Under the pieces are notes generated by a model that saw only the letters and a list, made by a program, of their open reading frames with translations, ran no database searches and was not told the origin of the DNA. From Candidatus Iainarchaeum sp. (GTDB lineage: Archaea > Iainarchaeota > Iainarchaeia > Iainarchaeales > JAZDEL01), in NCBI GenBank assembly GCA_043808785.1, contig JAZDEL010000001.1:182455-214454 (forward strand): 32,000 nt of DNA. Reading direction: 5' to 3'. Each line of letters begins with the position of its first letter. Positions within the stretch are counted from its first letter, which is position 1. The position numbers and the translations under genes were made by a program. Below are positions 29,917 through 32,000 of the stretch, in pieces.

Positions 29917-31839
29917 ATGGCGAATTCAAATATTCCCCATGCGGCAATTGCCGCGGCAGTTTTGCTGCTGCTTATCGGGCCCGTTGCCGCAGGCTCACTG
30001 GGGGATGTTTTCGGCGCATTCGCAAATTTGGGAAAGGTAAAGCCGCAGTTCGATTTCGACAACAGCGGAGGGCCGATAACGGTGAACGACGTGCTCACAG
30101 CGCTTGCAAATGTCGTGGGATTCCATGTCAGTTTCCCAGGGGCAGGCCGGTGCAGCGCGGATTCCGACTGCGGCAGCGGAGCAACAGGCGCACCTTACTG
30201 CGACGGCAACAGCGTTGTGCAGGATGCCAATGCTCCCGCCTGCCTGAACCCGGGAACCGCGCAAAGCGCGTGCAGCGCGAATGTTACTACCTCCGTTATC
30301 GAGGAATGTGCCTATGGCTGCTATGACGGGAACTGCCAGCTGGAGCCGCAATACTGCTGTGCGGGCACCGGCGGCTGCACCATAAGCGTTTGCAGCCTTA
30401 ACGGCCAGACAGGGAATATTTCCTGCATTATGCAGGCAGGCCAGACAATGCAGCTGACGAACCTGAACGACTGCAGGCTTACCCTCCTTGTTGAAAACGA
30501 CGGCGCAATGGGCCGCTTGTACATAAACAATTCCTCGGGCAACACAGTTGCCGCCGGCGACATAAACACATCCAGTTATGGGCTGTACTTATACGGCGCC
30601 TCAAGCAACAACACAATTCACACAGGCAGCATAACAACGACTACAAGTAGCGGGCTGCGCCTGGAAAATGCCTCAGGCAACACCGTCGCCGCAGGCAGCA
30701 TAACGACGACCTCGGGTTACGGGCTCTATTTGATCGGTGCTTCACGCAACACCGTCGCCGCAGGCAGCATAACGACGACCTCGGGTTACGGGCTCTCTTT
30801 GGCCAGCGCCTCAAGCAACAACACAATTCACGCAGGCGACATAGCCCCCGCTATCATCGGAGTGTATTTAAACACAGGCTCAAACGACAATGCCATCACC
30901 AGCGGCAATATAACCGCCACAAACCACGGGGTGTATTTAACAGGCGCCTCAAGCGGCAACAACATCGCCACCGGCGACGTAACCGCAAACCTATACAACG
31001 GGCTGTATTTAAACACAGGCTCGAACGGCAACACAATTCACGCAGGTGACATATCCTCCGCAAGCACCACGGTCACGTTAACCACCGCCTCAGGCAACAA
31101 CATCAGCACAGGCGGCATAACCACAAACACGGGCTACGGGCTGTATGTGGGCAATACTTCAATCGATAACATCATCACAACAGGCGATATAGCCTCAAAC
31201 ACAAACAACGGGCTGTATTTAACAAGCTACTCGAGCAATAATGCCGTCTCTACGGGCGGCATAACTGTTTCCGCAAGCAACGGGGCGGTCATAAGCAATG
31301 CCGCAAACAACACAGCCGCCACAGGCAGTATAAACTCCGCAAAATACGGGCTGTACTTATACAATGCATCGGGCAACGCCGTCACCACAGGCGGCATAAA
31401 CTCCGTGCAGTATGGGGTGCTTTTGAACGCCGACGCGGACGTCAACAATTCCAGCAATAACACGGTAACGACAGGGGACATTCATGTAACCCCTTCATCC
31501 AGCAGTTACCACGCGGTTTTGCTGCAAAGAGCCGCCAACAACTACGTGCAGGTGGGCAGCATTACAGTGGATTCGCTCACAAGCGGCATATACCTTTATA
31601 CCCCGAATTCAGGGAACACGGTAAAGGCTGGGAGCGTAACCCTCATTGCTTCGGATGCCGGCAGGGGGGTTTATGTGGGAAGCAACACCTACACCCCGAA
31701 TGCCCTTGTGTGCGCAGGCACAATAACCGGCGGTCTCGCGAAATGCTATAAAGGAACTGTCTCGGTGATGGTCTGCGAGAACGGCACGCCTGTTGCCGGC
31801 TGCGACAATTCGGCGGAAAGAACCTGCGGCGAGTGCTAA
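29917..31839 (+). CDS. Secreted parallel beta-helix repeat protein (adhesin/surface protein-like)
   Basis: I chose the ATG at 29917, which is 26 nt downstream of TTAAATAT (29883-29890). It has a signal peptide (AAIAAAVLLLLIGPVAAGS) and a dockerin/EF-hand-like segment (DFDNSGGPITVNDVLTALANVVG). It then has a Cys-rich module (CSADSDCG...YCDGN...C.NPGT...C) and about 17 repeats of about 23 aa (GNTVAAGSITTTSGYGLYL...). The tail is Cys-rich. Confidence 0.8.
   Translation: MANSNIPHAAIAAAVLLLLIGPVAAGSLGDVFGAFANLGKVKPQFDFDNSGGPITVNDVLTALANVVGFHVSFPGAGRCSADSDCGSGATGAPYCDGNSVVQDANAPACLNPGTAQSACSANVTTSVIEECAYGCYDGNCQLEPQYCCAGTGGCTISVCSLNGQTGNISCIMQAGQTMQLTNLNDCRLTLLVENDGAMGRLYINNSSGNTVAAGDINTSSYGLYLYGASSNNTIHTGSITTTTSSGLRLENASGNTVAAGSITTTSGYGLYLIGASRNTVAAGSITTTSGYGLSLASASSNNTIHAGDIAPAIIGVYLNTGSNDNAITSGNITATNHGVYLTGASSGNNIATGDVTANLYNGLYLNTGSNGNTIHAGDISSASTTVTLTTASGNNISTGGITTNTGYGLYVGNTSIDNIITTGDIASNTNNGLYLTSYSSNNAVSTGGITVSASNGAVISNAANNTAATGSINSAKYGLYLYNASGNAVTTGGINSVQYGVLLNADADVNNSSNNTVTTGDIHVTPSSSSYHAVLLQRAANNYVQVGSITVDSLTSGIYLYTPNSGNTVKAGSVTLIASDAGRGVYVGSNTYTPNALVCAGTITGGLAKCYKGTVSVMVCENGTPVAGCDNSAERTCGEC
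30677..30796. repeat. Perfect 51-nt repeat with a 69-nt period inside the beta-helix gene
   Basis: The sequence gcaacaccgtcgccgcaggcagcataacgacgacctcgggttacgggctct occurs at 30677-30727 and again at 30746-30796. The period equals one 23-aa coil. Confidence 0.9.
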
Positions 31840-31852
31840 TTTTTGTTTTTTT
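31840..31852 (+). terminator. Oligo-T terminator after the beta-helix gene
   Basis: The sequence TAA-TTTTTGTTTTTTTG follows the stop directly. Archaeal RNA polymerase terminates at T-runs. Confidence 0.4.
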
Positions 31853-31909
31853 GTGCCACGTGTATAGGTCCAAGACATTTTGCCGCCTATCTTTGATAGG
31901 TGGTGAATC

Positions 31910-32000
31910 TTGGGCAAAATCGATAAGGAAGCTATCCGCAGGTTCGTTATAAAATACAGGCTGGGGAAACGCAGGAGTGCAGGCTTTGCCCTTCGGCTTG
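31910..32000 (+). CDS. Start of a hypothetical ORF (partial, runs off the window)
   Basis: A TTG at 31910 is preceded by AGGTGGTGA with a 4-nt spacer. It translates as (M)GKIDKEAIRRFVIKYRLGKRRSAGFALRL and stays open to the window end. It is too short to assign. Confidence 0.3.
   Translation, partial: MGKIDKEAIRRFVIKYRLGKRRSAGFALRL

Noticed and set aside
29805-30326. A 173-aa plus-strand ORF overlapping the start of the beta-helix gene
   Set aside because: It lies in a different frame from the well-supported secreted repeat protein. Its translation is Arg/Cys-rich, and it would begin upstream of the TATA element.

Overview
This window looks like an archaeal chromosome segment. The evidence is a group II chaperonin (thermosome), deoxyhypusine synthase, an archaeal/eukaryotic-type IleRS, TATA-box promoters placed about 20-27 nt upstream of start codons, and GGAGGTG Shine-Dalgarno sites. 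The many small unrecognisable ORFs and cysteine-rich surface proteins suggest a small-genome uncultivated lineage (DPANN-like), but that is inference only.

Layout:
- (a) 1-5700: a minus-strand accessory island. It holds a RelE-like toxin (partial), a DUF4065/Panacea-like protein, a JAB/MPN-like protein, two unknown proteins, a SAM methyltransferase, a caspase-fold-like protein and two tandem small paralogs. The genes are separated by a repeated about 120-nt element and a GGGTTCGCGGGG box upstream of TATA-like elements.
- (b) 5700-15100: a housekeeping block with a membrane protein, dys, ileS, tRNA-Ile(UAU), an OB-fold SSB, membrane proteins, a UPF0200-like kinase and the thermosome.
- (c) 15300-22650: a second accessory block. 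It holds an AT-rich orphan gene, two Fic paralogs (one canonical, one degenerate), GT4 and GT2 glycosyltransferases, a methyltransferase, a relic GT fragment and a very basic repeat protein.
- (d) 22775-26245: a tightly coupled plus-strand trio of membrane-anchored or exported proteins.
- (e) 26250-29150: toxin-antitoxin-like modules, namely wHTH-MNT, HEPN and an atypical kinase, followed by DUF4258 and DUF2283.
- (f) 29200-31840: a histone-fold protein with a long tail and a secreted beta-helix repeat adhesin.

No rRNA, CRISPR array or recognisable transposase/integrase gene was seen. The points most worth a second look are the box-linked island and its repeated element, the wHTH-MNT/HEPN/kinase trio, the Fic duplication with its GTGATAAC operator array, the 27-nt duplication of the thermosome 3' end around a structured insert, and the exported-protein trio with a class III-like signal peptide.
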